The notes under the pieces were generated by a model, which saw only the letters and a list, made by a program, of their open reading frames with translations, had not been told where the DNA came from and ran no database searches. From an uncultured Acidimicrobiaceae bacterium (GTDB lineage Bacteria; Actinomycetota; Acidimicrobiia; Spongiisociales; UBA5794), in the NCBI GenBank assembly GCA_964569015.1, contig CAZMSN010000003.1, positions 9,257 to 73,256 of the forward strand: a stretch of 64,000 nucleotides of DNA, given 5' to 3'. How positions within the stretch are numbered: the stretch's first letter is position 1; each line of letters begins with the position of its first letter. Positions 29,701 to 39,445 of the stretch are shown piece by piece. The translations under genes and the position numbers were made by a program.

Positions 29701-31044
29701 GTGAGCGACCAGCGGGACTTGTTCGCCGAGGACCGCGCTGCCAAGCGACGAGCGGTCGCTCCGTTGGCGGCGCGGATGAGGCCGCGGTCCCTCGATGAGA
29801 TCGCCGGACAGAGGCATCTGGTGGCTCCGGGCGCAGCCTTTCGTGCCTTGATCGAGTCGGGTGAGCCGTCCTCGATGATCCTGTGGGGTCCACCCGGCAC
29901 CGGAAAGACGACCCTGGCCCGGCTGATCGCCTCCTCCGGCAGGGCGCGCTTCGAGCAGCTCTCGGCGACGTCGGCCGGGGTCAAGGACGTGCGGGAGATC
30001 CTCACCGCGGCGGCGCGCCGCATCGAGGAGGATCGGGGCCGCACCGTGCTGTTCCTCGACGAGATCCACCGCTTCACCAAGGCCCAGCAGGACGCCCTGC
30101 TCCCGGGCGTGGAGGACGGGATCGTGATCCTGATCGGGGCAACGACCGAGAATCCGTTCTTCGAGGTGAACTCGCCGCTGATCTCGCGCTGCACCGTGTT
30201 CCGGACCGAGACCCTGAGCCCGCTGGAGATCTCGGCAGTGATCCGAAGCGCCCTCGAAGACCCGGTGCGAGGCCTCGGAGGCCGGATCACGCTCGAGGAG
30301 CCAGCCGCGGAGGCACTGAACGAGCGAGTGGGAGGCGACGCCCGGCTCGCCCTGAACTCGCTCGACGTGGCGGCTGCCATCGCCCGGGGCCGGGGCACGC
30401 GTGTGATCGGCCTAGACGACATCACCGAGGCGCTGCAACGCAGGGTGATCCGGTACGACAAGGCGGGGGACCGCCATTACGACGTGATCTCGGCGTTCAT
30501 CAAGAGCGTCCGGGGCTCGGATCCCGATGCGGCTCTCTACTGGCTGCACACGATGCTCGAGGCCGGCGAGGACCCGAAGTTCATTGCCCGGCGCCTCGTG
30601 ATCCTCGCCTCCGAGGACGTCGGCCTCGCGGAGAGCCGCGGGCTGGGGGTGGCGGTGGACGCGTTCCGGGCCATCGAGGTGATCGGCCTTCCTGAGGGCG
30701 CCTACGCCCTGTCGCATGCCGCGGTCTTCCTCTCCCTCGCCCCCAAGTCGAACTCGATCCGCGACGCGATAGCGCGCACCCGAGAGCTGGTGGAGAACAC
30801 GCCCTCGGCGGCCGTGCCGCCGCACCTGCGCTCGGCGGCATCGGAGGGTCAGCGGGCGCTCGGGGACGGCGTGGGATATGTGTACCCACACGATCACCCG
30901 GAGGCGTTGATTCCGCAGCAGTACCTCCCGGACGAGGTGACCGACGCCGTGCTCTACTTGCCGAACGACCGTGGCGAGGAGGGGGAGTTGAGCCGGCGCC
31001 TCGAAGAGATCGATGCCCGCCTCGGCAAACGGCCGCGCCGCTGA
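29701..31044 (+). CDS. rarA: Replication-associated recombination protein A (AAA+ ATPase)
   Basis: Walker A GPPGTGKTT, Walker B LFLDEIHRF, and the MgsA C-terminal domain. Confidence 0.9.
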   Translation: MSDQRDLFAEDRAAKRRAVAPLAARMRPRSLDEIAGQRHLVAPGAAFRALIESGEPSSMILWGPPGTGKTTLARLIASSGRARFEQLSATSAGVKDVREILTAAARRIEEDRGRTVLFLDEIHRFTKAQQDALLPGVEDGIVILIGATTENPFFEVNSPLISRCTVFRTETLSPLEISAVIRSALEDPVRGLGGRITLEEPAAEALNERVGGDARLALNSLDVAAAIARGRGTRVIGLDDITEALQRRVIRYDKAGDRHYDVISAFIKSVRGSDPDAALYWLHTMLEAGEDPKFIARRLVILASEDVGLAESRGLGVAVDAFRAIEVIGLPEGAYALSHAAVFLSLAPKSNSIRDAIARTRELVENTPSAAVPPHLRSAASEGQRALGDGVGYVYPHDHPEALIPQQYLPDEVTDAVLYLPNDRGEEGELSRRLEEIDARLGKRPRR

Positions 31045-31092
31045 CGGCATCCGGCTGGCCCAACCCCCGGCGACGCGCTTAGCCTGAGGGCC

Positions 31093-31284
31093 ATGTTGCT
31101 TCGTGTCCGCTGGTTCGTTTTCGGGGCCGTCGCCGCCGTGGTCGGTGCCGTCTACACCGCAATGCGGGCGCCGTTCTCGCGAAAACGGCTCACCGGTCGG
31201 GCCGTACACGAAGTGGGAATGCGAAGCGCGGCAGCCCTGCTCGACGCAGCCGCTGAGCGGGTCGGCTCGTCGGGCCGGCGCTAG
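31093..31284 (+). CDS. Hypothetical small membrane protein
   Basis: 63-aa ORF with one predicted TM helix (WFVFGAVAAVVGAVYTAM) in the 288-nt rarA-hisS spacer. Nothing else supports it. Confidence 0.25.
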   Translation: MLLRVRWFVFGAVAAVVGAVYTAMRAPFSRKRLTGRAVHEVGMRSAAALLDAAAERVGSSGRR

Positions 31285-31331
31285 GGGCTCGTCGGAACCG
31301 ACTACTTTGGGGCCGACGCAACGGAGCAGCC

Positions 31332-32657
31332 ATGGACCAACGACCGATCCAACCGCGCACCCTGAAGGGATTCCGCGATTTCCTCCCGGGGCCGATGCTG
31401 CGGCGCGAGCACCTGATCGAGACGGCCAAGCGCGTCTTCCGCTCCTACGGCTACAGCCCGATCGAGACTCCCGCCCTCGAGTACTCCGAGATCCTGCTCG
31501 GCAAGGGGAGCGACGAGACCGACAAGCAGCTCTACCGGTTCGATGACGCCGGGGGCAGGGACGTTGCGATGCGTTTCGACCTCACGGTCCCGCTCGCCCG
31601 CTTCATGGCCCAGCACACCGGCACGTTGGGCGTGCCCTTCAAGCGCTACCAGGTCGGTCCGGTGTGGCGGGGAGAGAACACCCAGCGCGGACGGTATCGG
31701 GAGTTCCTCCAGAGCGACTTCGACACGATCGGGACCGAGAGCATCCTGGCCGACATCGAGACCGGCCTCGTGATCCACGACCTGTTCGCCGCCCTCGGCT
31801 TCACGGGTTTCACGATCCGGGTCAACAATCGCAAGGTGCTGACCGGCTTCCTCGAGCACCTCGATGTCGCCGATCAGGCGATCGCCGTACTGCGCGCCCT
31901 CGACAAACTGCCCAAGATCGGGCGTGATCAGGTGAGTGGCGAGCTCGAGAGCGAAGGCATCGGACGGCCCGAGGCAAACGAGATTCTCCAACTCGCCTCG
32001 CTCAGAGGCGACAACGACGAGATCCTCGCCACGCTCGGGCCATTGGTGGGATCCTCGGAACGCGGGGCGGCGGGCGTCTCCGAACTACGTGAGGTCGTCG
32101 ACGGCATGATGGCGGCCGGAGTCGCCGGGGAACGGGTTGCCATCGATGTCAGCATCGCCCGCGGCCTCGACTACTACACGGGAACCGTTTTCGAGACCTT
32201 CCTCGACGACCTCCCCGACATCGGGAGTTGCTGCTCGGGCGGCCGGTACGACGATCTCGCATCCCTCTACACCAAGCAGCGCCTCCCGGGAGTCGGGGCA
32301 TCGCTCGGGGTGGATCGGCTCCTGGCGGCGATGGACGAGCTCGGGATCGGTGGCAAGCGGGACACGGCGGCCGCAGTGCTGATCGTCTACTTCGACGCCT
32401 CGCGGCGCGACGACTACCTCGCATTGGCGAAGGAGCTGCGCAGCGAGAGCCTCGATGTCGAGGTCTACCCCGAGCCGCGCAAGCTGGGGGCGCAACTCAA
32501 GTACGCCGATCGCCGTGGGCACCGGCTGGCGCTGATCGCCGGTGACCGGGAGTGGGCCGCCGGGACCGTTCAGATCAAGGACCTGGCATCGGGAGAAAGT
32601 GTCGAGGTTCCTGCTTCGAAGGCCGGCGCTACTTGCCTGGAGCTGCTCGGGCGGTGA
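31332..32657 (+). CDS. hisS: Histidine--tRNA ligase
   Basis: 441 aa with class II motifs and the HisRS N-terminus MDQRPIQPRTLKGFRDFLP. Confidence 0.95.
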   Translation: MDQRPIQPRTLKGFRDFLPGPMLRREHLIETAKRVFRSYGYSPIETPALEYSEILLGKGSDETDKQLYRFDDAGGRDVAMRFDLTVPLARFMAQHTGTLGVPFKRYQVGPVWRGENTQRGRYREFLQSDFDTIGTESILADIETGLVIHDLFAALGFTGFTIRVNNRKVLTGFLEHLDVADQAIAVLRALDKLPKIGRDQVSGELESEGIGRPEANEILQLASLRGDNDEILATLGPLVGSSERGAAGVSELREVVDGMMAAGVAGERVAIDVSIARGLDYYTGTVFETFLDDLPDIGSCCSGGRYDDLASLYTKQRLPGVGASLGVDRLLAAMDELGIGGKRDTAAAVLIVYFDASRRDDYLALAKELRSESLDVEVYPEPRKLGAQLKYADRRGHRLALIAGDREWAAGTVQIKDLASGESVEVPASKAGATCLELLGR

Positions 32658-32712
32658 CTGTCGGTCTCGGTGTCGAGACTCAGGAGTCGTCACCGCTAAC
32701 CTTCCCCGTCTA

Positions 32713-35325
32713 GTGGACAGCAACCGGATCAGGCGCATTTTCCTTGAATTCTTCGAGGCACGAGAGCACATCGTCGTGCCCAGCGCGTCGCTGATCCCGG
32801 TGGACCCGACCCTCCTCCTCACCAACGCCGGCATGGTTCCCTTCAAGCCCTACATGGTGAGGGAACAGACGCCGCCCTTCCCGCGAGCGGCCAGCGTGCA
32901 GAAGTGCGTCCGCACCGGGGACATCGACATCGTGGGGACGACCGCCCGCCACCTGACCTTCTTCGAGATGCTGGGCAACTTCAGCTTCGGCGACTACTTC
33001 AAAGAGAAGGCGATCCCGTGGTCCTATGACCTAGCGACGGAGGGCTTCGGCCTCGATCCGGAGCGGCTGTGGTTCACCGTGCACGAGACGGACAAGGAAG
33101 CCGAGGAGATCTGGATCGAGACCGTCGGCGTGCCGCCGGATCGGGTGCAACTCCGGGCCAAGGACAACTTCTGGCAGATGGGCGTTCCCGGCCCTTGTGG
33201 GCCCTCGTCGGAGATCTTCTACGACAGGGGAGCGCAGTACGGGCCCGACGGGGGTCCGATCGTCGACGAAGAGCGATTCGTGGAGTTCTGGAATCTCGTG
33301 TTCATGCAGAACGTGCAGGATGAGCCGTACCACGTCATCGGGGACCTTCCTGCGCGGAACATCGATACCGGGGCCGGCCTCGAGCGGGTCGCCGCCGTGC
33401 TCCAGGGCAAGGAGTCCGTCTTCGAGACGGATGTGGTGCGACCCATCATCGCGGCGGCGGAGGCGACGACCGGGGTGGCCTTCGGAGAGCGCGAGGGCGC
33501 CGACGTGAGCTTGCGGATCATGGCGGACCACGGCCGGGCAGTGACCTTCCTCATCTCCGATCGAGTGGTGCCATCCAATCAAGGGCGCGGCTACGTGTTG
33601 CGGCGCCTGCTCCGGCGGGCGGTCCGCCATGGGTTCCTGCTCGGGGCGGAGGATCTCGTCGTTCCTCGCCTCATCGAAGCCACCATCGACGTGATGAGCG
33701 AGGCGTACCCGGAGCTGGCGGACAAGCGGGATGCCATTGTCGAGATGGCCGAGCGAGAAGAGAGCGGATTCCGTCGGACGCTGGAGTCCGGCCACCAGCT
33801 CCTCGACCAGGAGCTGGAGGCGATGGAGCCCGGCGCCGTCTTCTCGGGCGCTACTGCGTTCAAGCTGCACGACACCTATGGGTTCCCGCGCGAACTGACC
33901 GAGGAGATCCTCTCCGAGAGGGGCATGCGGCTCGACATCGAGGAGTTCCGTCTCATGATGGAGGAGCAACGTGAGCGCGCCCGGCGGCACTCCCGTGGCG
34001 TGACGGCGCATGACGAGTACCAATCGCTGCTCGGCGGTGTCGAAGGAACCGAGTTCGTCGGGTATCAGCGCGAGGGAAGCCCCGGGCGCATCTTGGCGCT
34101 CGTACGCGAGGACGAGACCGTCGAGCGAGCCGACACGGGCCAAGAGGTTGAGGTGTTCCTCGATCGCACACCGTTCTACGCGGAATCCGGAGGCCAGATC
34201 GGCGACAGCGGAGTGGTGTCGACGCCGACGGGCCGAATCAGGATCGACGACACTCAGTTTGCCTTGCCGGGCGTGCACGGCCATCGCGGCACCGTCGCCT
34301 CGGGTCACGTTGCCGTGGGCCAAGATGCCATTGCCGAAGTGGATCACGACCGCCGGGAGCGCATTCGCAAGAACCACACCGGGACTCACCTACTGCATTG
34401 GGCATTGCGGGAGGTGGTCGGCGAGCATGTTCACCAGGCGGGATCGCACGTGGGATCCGATCGCCTGCGCTTCGATTTTGCTCACCACAGCTCGCTCGAT
34501 CCCGAGGAGCTGATCGAGGTGGAGCACGCGGTGAACGAGCGAGTCGTCGAGAACTCGGAGGTCACGACGCTCGAGACCAGCAAGGACGAAGCGGAGGCGA
34601 TGGGGGCGCTCGCCTTCTTCGGGGAGAAGTACGGTGACCGGGTCCGAGTCGTCAAGGCGGGCGACTACTCGACGGAGTTCTGCGGCGGGACCCATGTCTC
34701 CTCCACCGGCCAGATCGGCCCAGTGGTTGTGCTCTCGGAGGGATCGGTGGCTGCCAACACCCGGCGGGTCGAGGCTCTCACCGGCCTCGCTGCTTACGAG
34801 TACCTGAGTTCCCTGCGGCGCCAGCTCGACGATGTTGCGGGCAAGGTTAAAGCGCAGCCGGGACAGATCATGCATACCGTCGACGCTCTGCTGACGCGTC
34901 TCGACGAGCAAGAGGAGCGCCTCGAGCGGTTCGAGGCCCAGGCTCGAACGGGCATCGCCTCCGATCTGGTCGAGGGGGCCGAGAGCATCGGGAATAGCCG
35001 CCTGCTGGTCGCGGAACAGACCGACATGGCGCCGGGGCAGCTCCGGGAATTGGCGTTCCGGATCCGCGATCGTCTCGGATCCGGCATCGGAGTGCTCGGT
35101 TCCGGCCGTGACGGCAAGGCCGGCCTCCTCGTCTTCGTGTCGCCGGATCTCGTCGCGGAGGGAATCTCGGCGGGAGCGATCGTCAGAGCGGGCGCATCGA
35201 TCGTTGGGGGAGGGGGGAGTCCCGATCCGGAACTGGCCCAGGCCGGCGGCCCCCACGGCGAAAGTGTTGGCGAGGCCATCGAAGAAGCGGGCCGAGTGGC
35301 TCGGGAGGCGTTGAAGCAGCGATGA
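32713..35325 (+). CDS. alaS: Alanine--tRNA ligase
   Basis: 870 aa. GTG 32713 gives the N-terminus VDSNRIRRIFLEFFEAREH, matching AlaRS. Editing-domain HxxxH and a C-terminal DHHA1 domain are present. Confidence 0.95.
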   Translation: MDSNRIRRIFLEFFEAREHIVVPSASLIPVDPTLLLTNAGMVPFKPYMVREQTPPFPRAASVQKCVRTGDIDIVGTTARHLTFFEMLGNFSFGDYFKEKAIPWSYDLATEGFGLDPERLWFTVHETDKEAEEIWIETVGVPPDRVQLRAKDNFWQMGVPGPCGPSSEIFYDRGAQYGPDGGPIVDEERFVEFWNLVFMQNVQDEPYHVIGDLPARNIDTGAGLERVAAVLQGKESVFETDVVRPIIAAAEATTGVAFGEREGADVSLRIMADHGRAVTFLISDRVVPSNQGRGYVLRRLLRRAVRHGFLLGAEDLVVPRLIEATIDVMSEAYPELADKRDAIVEMAEREESGFRRTLESGHQLLDQELEAMEPGAVFSGATAFKLHDTYGFPRELTEEILSERGMRLDIEEFRLMMEEQRERARRHSRGVTAHDEYQSLLGGVEGTEFVGYQREGSPGRILALVREDETVERADTGQEVEVFLDRTPFYAESGGQIGDSGVVSTPTGRIRIDDTQFALPGVHGHRGTVASGHVAVGQDAIAEVDHDRRERIRKNHTGTHLLHWALREVVGEHVHQAGSHVGSDRLRFDFAHHSSLDPEELIEVEHAVNERVVENSEVTTLETSKDEAEAMGALAFFGEKYGDRVRVVKAGDYSTEFCGGTHVSSTGQIGPVVVLSEGSVAANTRRVEALTGLAAYEYLSSLRRQLDDVAGKVKAQPGQIMHTVDALLTRLDEQEERLERFEAQARTGIASDLVEGAESIGNSRLLVAEQTDMAPGQLRELAFRIRDRLGSGIGVLGSGRDGKAGLLVFVSPDLVAEGISAGAIVRAGASIVGGGGSPDPELAQAGGPHGESVGEAIEEAGRVAREALKQR

Positions 35326-35753
35326 TCCAGCACAGGGCGCTCGGTCTCGATCCGGGCACACGCCGCATCGGCGTCGCCTTGTCCGATGGCATGGGTATGA
35401 TCGCTCAGCCGCACATGGTGATCGACCGTCGTCGCGACGACGTTGCGGCGATCCTGCGCACGCTGTACGAGGAGCAAGGGGTGGGCGTTGTCGTCATCGG
35501 CCTTCCGGTATCGCTCTCCGGTGAGGAGGGTGCTGCAGCTCGGCAAGCCCGGGAGTTCGGAGCCACCGTGGAATCGATACTCGAGGTGAAAGTGGTCTAC
35601 CACGATGAGCGATTCACCACGGTGCAGGCCGAGAACGCGCTCTTGGAGGCGGGGATGCGACGAGCGGGAAGGCGTAAGAGGAGGGACAAGGTGGCGGCAG
35701 CCGTGATGCTGCAGAGCTTCCTCGATGCTCGCAATGCGGGGAACCGATGGTGA
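35322..35753 (+). CDS. ruvX: Holliday-junction resolvase-like RuvX (YqgF)
   Basis: 143 aa with the LGLDPGTRRIGVALSD N-terminus. ATGA overlap with alaS. Confidence 0.9.
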   Translation: MIQHRALGLDPGTRRIGVALSDGMGMIAQPHMVIDRRRDDVAAILRTLYEEQGVGVVVIGLPVSLSGEEGAAARQAREFGATVESILEVKVVYHDERFTTVQAENALLEAGMRRAGRRKRRDKVAAAVMLQSFLDARNAGNRW

Positions 35754-36874
35754 ACGAGCCCGCTGGAAACGGCGTCACCCCCCGGCCCAGGCTTCCGTGG
35801 TGGGTGTGGCGAATCATCCAGGTGGCGGCCGTCCTCATCGTGATCGTCGTCGTTTTCGCCGGGCTGAGAGCTGCGGCGGAGCGTTTCGCCGAGGCGGTGG
35901 GCACCCCGTCGGAGACGACCACGACCATTGCCGCCGGGGACGAGGTGACGGTGGAGATCCCCGCCGGGGCGTCGGCCCGGGTCATCGCCACGATTCTCGC
36001 GGACGAGGGCGTGATCGCCGACGGCGACGTTTTTGAGGATGCGGTGCGCGACCAGGGCGTGGCCGGCCGACTCAAGGCAGGAGAGTACACGCTGGTCACC
36101 GGTGGCGACATCGACGGGATCATCGAGGTTCTCGTCGCCGGTCCCGCCCCCATCGAGATCATGCGGCTCACCGTGATCGAGGGGTTGACCATCGACGAGA
36201 TGCTGTCGTCGCTCGCCAACCTGACCGATTTCACGGTAGAGGAGCTGGCGGAACCGCTGCTGGACGGCACGGTGACCTCGCCGTACCTTCCTGAATCGGC
36301 TCCCGAGGGGTCGGAGGAACTGACCCGTTGGGAAGGCCTCCTGGCGCCCGACACCTATGAGTTCCGGGCGGACGCCACTGCGGAGACAATCGTGAGCAAG
36401 CTGGCTCAGACCCTGACGGACCGGGTGAACGCGATCGATTGGACCGAACTCGAGGCGTTGGAGCTGACGCCCTATGACGGCCTGATCATCGCTTCGCTGA
36501 TCGAAGGCGAAGCCAAGCTCGACGAAGAGCGACCGATCATCGCCAGCGTGTTCACCAACCGGCTGGAACTCGGGATCGCACTCCAGAGCTGCGCCACGAT
36601 CATCTACGCACTTGGTGGGGACCGCAATGAGGTCCTCCTCGAGGACCTCGAGGTCGATTCGCCTTACAACACCTACCTCCATCCCGGCTTGCCACCGACC
36701 CCGATCGGAGGGGTTCGCAAAGCATCCCTCGAAGCCGCGGCGGCGCCGGCCGACACGGAATACCTGTACTTCGTGCTGATCGACAACGACGGCACCCACG
36801 GCTTCTCGGAGACGCTCGAGGAGCACAACGCGCTGAAGGAGGAGGCGAAGGCGAACGGAGTGCTGACACCGTGA
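35747..36874 (+). CDS. mltG: Endolytic murein transglycosylase MltG (YceG-like)
   Basis: An N-terminal TM helix followed by the YceG domain (SPYNTYLHPGLPPTPI). Confidence 0.85.
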   Translation: MVNEPAGNGVTPRPRLPWWVWRIIQVAAVLIVIVVVFAGLRAAAERFAEAVGTPSETTTTIAAGDEVTVEIPAGASARVIATILADEGVIADGDVFEDAVRDQGVAGRLKAGEYTLVTGGDIDGIIEVLVAGPAPIEIMRLTVIEGLTIDEMLSSLANLTDFTVEELAEPLLDGTVTSPYLPESAPEGSEELTRWEGLLAPDTYEFRADATAETIVSKLAQTLTDRVNAIDWTELEALELTPYDGLIIASLIEGEAKLDEERPIIASVFTNRLELGIALQSCATIIYALGGDRNEVLLEDLEVDSPYNTYLHPGLPPTPIGGVRKASLEAAAAPADTEYLYFVLIDNDGTHGFSETLEEHNALKEEAKANGVLTP

Positions 36875-37668
36875 GGCTCGCTGTATTCGGCGATCCGGTG
36901 GCTCATTCGCTCTCTCCTGCACTCCACCGTGCTGCACTGGACGCGGTCGGGATCCCCGGCAGCTACGAGGCAGTGCGCGTCGACGAAGCGGGCATGGCCG
37001 AGGCCGTCGCGAGCATCCGGCGTGGAACGCTCGATGGGGCGAACGTGACGATGCCGCACAAGGCACTGGCGCTGCACCTCGTCGACGAGGCGTCGTCTGA
37101 GGCGCGCCGGGCCGGGGCCGTCAACACTCTGGTGCGGGTCGAGGGCCGCGTTGTCGGTCACAACACCGACATTTCCGGGGTGGCGCAGGCGTGGCGGTGG
37201 GGTGGGCTGCCGGCAGCGGGGCCGGTGCTCATCCTGGGAGCGGGGGGAGCGGCCGCCGCGGCCGTGTTGGCTCTGCAGGATCACACGATCACGGTGGCGA
37301 CTCGCAGGCCGGAGGCGGGGCTGGCGCTCCTGGAGCGATTGGGTGTCGTCGGACGGGCCCGTGGCCTGGACGTGCCCGGTGGTGGGATGGTGGTCGTCAA
37401 CGCCACCCCGCTCGGCATGCAGGGCGAGGAGCTGCCATCGTGCGCCCTGGATGGGGCCGTCGGGCTGTTCGACATGGCATACGGCGCAACAACGACTCCG
37501 GCGGTGAGACGGGCGAAGGAACGAGGCATTCCGGTGGTGGCCGGGGAGCAGATGCTGCTGGGCCAGGCAATGGCGTCATTCCAGCTCTGGACCGGGCGTC
37601 GCGCACCTGAAGATGCCATGCGGCGAGCGCTCGATGCTTCACTGGCGAGTCGGGAGGCCTCGCATTGA
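36871..37668 (+). CDS. aroE: Shikimate dehydrogenase
   Basis: 265 aa: FGDPVAHSLSPALH, NVTMPHK and Rossmann GAGGAAAA. The GTG overlaps the mltG stop. Confidence 0.85.
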   Translation: MRLAVFGDPVAHSLSPALHRAALDAVGIPGSYEAVRVDEAGMAEAVASIRRGTLDGANVTMPHKALALHLVDEASSEARRAGAVNTLVRVEGRVVGHNTDISGVAQAWRWGGLPAAGPVLILGAGGAAAAAVLALQDHTITVATRRPEAGLALLERLGVVGRARGLDVPGGGMVVVNATPLGMQGEELPSCALDGAVGLFDMAYGATTTPAVRRAKERGIPVVAGEQMLLGQAMASFQLWTGRRAPEDAMRRALDASLASREASH

Positions 37669-37753
37669 ACCTCTCAAGGGCGCCGTCGAGGGGGCCGACA
37701 CGATGCAGAAGCGAGCTTGCGCGCTTTTCGCGCGAGTGATGTGAGGAGGTTCC

Positions 37754-39433
37754 TTGACCGGCGACGCCCGCCACCTGGGCACGATGCTCCTCGAAGAGGG
37801 GATGATCTCCAGCAAGGATCTCGAAGTCGCTGTCGCCAAACAGCGGACTTCCGGTCTTCCGCTGGGCAAGATCCTCATCGAGGAAGGCCTCGTGAACGAG
37901 GCCGATCTGGTGCGCACCCTGGCGCGGCAGATCGGTATCGAGTACGTGGACCTCAGCGAGATCGCCATCGACCCGGCCGCGGTGGCTCTCGTTCCGGAGT
38001 ACCTGCTCACGAGGTACCTCGTGCTCCCGATCGGTTTCGAGGACGATCGACTGGTGGTGGCGATGGCCGATCCCGCCAACGTGCTGGCCATCGACGATCT
38101 GCGGGCGGTGTCGGGCATGGGGATCTCCGCCAGGGTCGCTACTCGCACCGACCTCGAAGAGGCGATCCACCGCCAGCAGCGTCTCGACGACTCGGTCAGT
38201 GACCTCGCCGAACAGGCCGCCGAGGACAGACGCGAAGAAACGGACGTCAGCGGTCTCGAAGTGGCCGCCGAGGAAGCGCCGGTCGTCAAACTGATGAACA
38301 CCGTCATCGGACGGGCCGTCAACGAGCGCGCCTCAGATATTCACATCGAGCCAGGTGAACGCGACCTCAGGATCCGGTTCCGCATCGACGGTGTGCTGCA
38401 CGAGGTGATGTCGACGCCGCGAAGCATCGCCAATGCCGTCGTGAGTCGTATCAAGATCATGGCGGATCTCGACATCTCCGAGCGGCGGGTGCCTCAGGAC
38501 GGCAGAGTCGGCCTGCGAGTCGCGGGACGACCGGTCGACATCCGGGTCGCCACGCTGCCTTCCATCCACGGCGAGAAGGTCGTGCTCAGGATCCTCGACA
38601 AGGGCGCCAGCGTGGCGTCACTGGCGGATCTCGGCTTCCTGGACTACAACTTCAAGCGGTACGAATCGGCCTACAGCAAACCCTACGGGGCGATCCTGGT
38701 TACCGGTCCGACCGGCTCGGGCAAGACGACGACGCTCTACTCGACGCTGGCGGTGCTCAACCGCGAGGAAGTCAACATCATCACGGTGGAGGACCCGGTG
38801 GAGTATCGGCTGCCCGGGCTCACCCAGATGCAGGTCAATCGCAAGGCAGGCCTGCTGTTCTCCACGGCCCTCAAGTCGATCCTGCGCTCCGATCCCGACA
38901 TCATCCTCATCGGGGAGATCCGCGACGGGGAGACGGCGGCGATCGCAACGGAGGCGGCTCTGACCGGGCACCTCGTGCTCTCGACGCTGCACACCAACGA
39001 CGCCCCATCGGCGGTCGGGAGGCTCATTGACATGGGGGTTGAGCCGTTCCTCGTCAGCTCGTCACTCGACGCCGTCGTGGCGCAACGACTCGCCCGCACG
39101 CTGTGCGATCGCTGCAAGGTGCCGTACTCGCCGGAGCGTCGTGTGCTCGAGGACATCGGCTGGGAGTTCCACGGCTCGGACGAGATTCCTGAGCTGTACC
39201 GGGCTGAAGGCTGCCGGCATTGTGCCAACACGGGGTTCCGTGGCCGGACCAGCATCAACGAGATCATGTTGCTCAACGAAGAGATCCAGCACATGACGGT
39301 GGAACGCCATTCGGCCCGGGAGATCAAGAAGGCGGCCGTAGCCGAAGGGATGCGGACGCTCCGACAGGACGGGTTGGAGAAGGTGGCGCTCGGTGTGACC
39401 TCTCTGGAGGAGGTCCTCAGGGTCGTCGCGTGA
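37754..39433 (+). CDS. pilB: Type IV pilus assembly ATPase PilB (GspE family)
   Basis: 559 aa. An N-terminal T2SSE_N domain is followed by Walker A GPTGSGKTT, Asp/His boxes and a tetracysteine Zn motif (CDRC...CRHC). The TTG start follows GAGGAGG. Confidence 0.85.
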   Translation: MTGDARHLGTMLLEEGMISSKDLEVAVAKQRTSGLPLGKILIEEGLVNEADLVRTLARQIGIEYVDLSEIAIDPAAVALVPEYLLTRYLVLPIGFEDDRLVVAMADPANVLAIDDLRAVSGMGISARVATRTDLEEAIHRQQRLDDSVSDLAEQAAEDRREETDVSGLEVAAEEAPVVKLMNTVIGRAVNERASDIHIEPGERDLRIRFRIDGVLHEVMSTPRSIANAVVSRIKIMADLDISERRVPQDGRVGLRVAGRPVDIRVATLPSIHGEKVVLRILDKGASVASLADLGFLDYNFKRYESAYSKPYGAILVTGPTGSGKTTTLYSTLAVLNREEVNIITVEDPVEYRLPGLTQMQVNRKAGLLFSTALKSILRSDPDIILIGEIRDGETAAIATEAALTGHLVLSTLHTNDAPSAVGRLIDMGVEPFLVSSSLDAVVAQRLARTLCDRCKVPYSPERRVLEDIGWEFHGSDEIPELYRAEGCRHCANTGFRGRTSINEIMLLNEEIQHMTVERHSAREIKKAAVAEGMRTLRQDGLEKVALGVTSLEEVLRVVA

Positions 39434-39445
39434 CCTGCCGATAGT

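Noticed and set aside
37668-37754. Short hairpin (TTGCGCGC-TTTT-CGCGCGA) after aroE as a terminator
   Set aside because: The stem is only 7 bp, and the spacer also has to hold the pilB ribosome-binding site (GAGGAGG). It may be a weak attenuator, but the evidence is too thin to call a feature.
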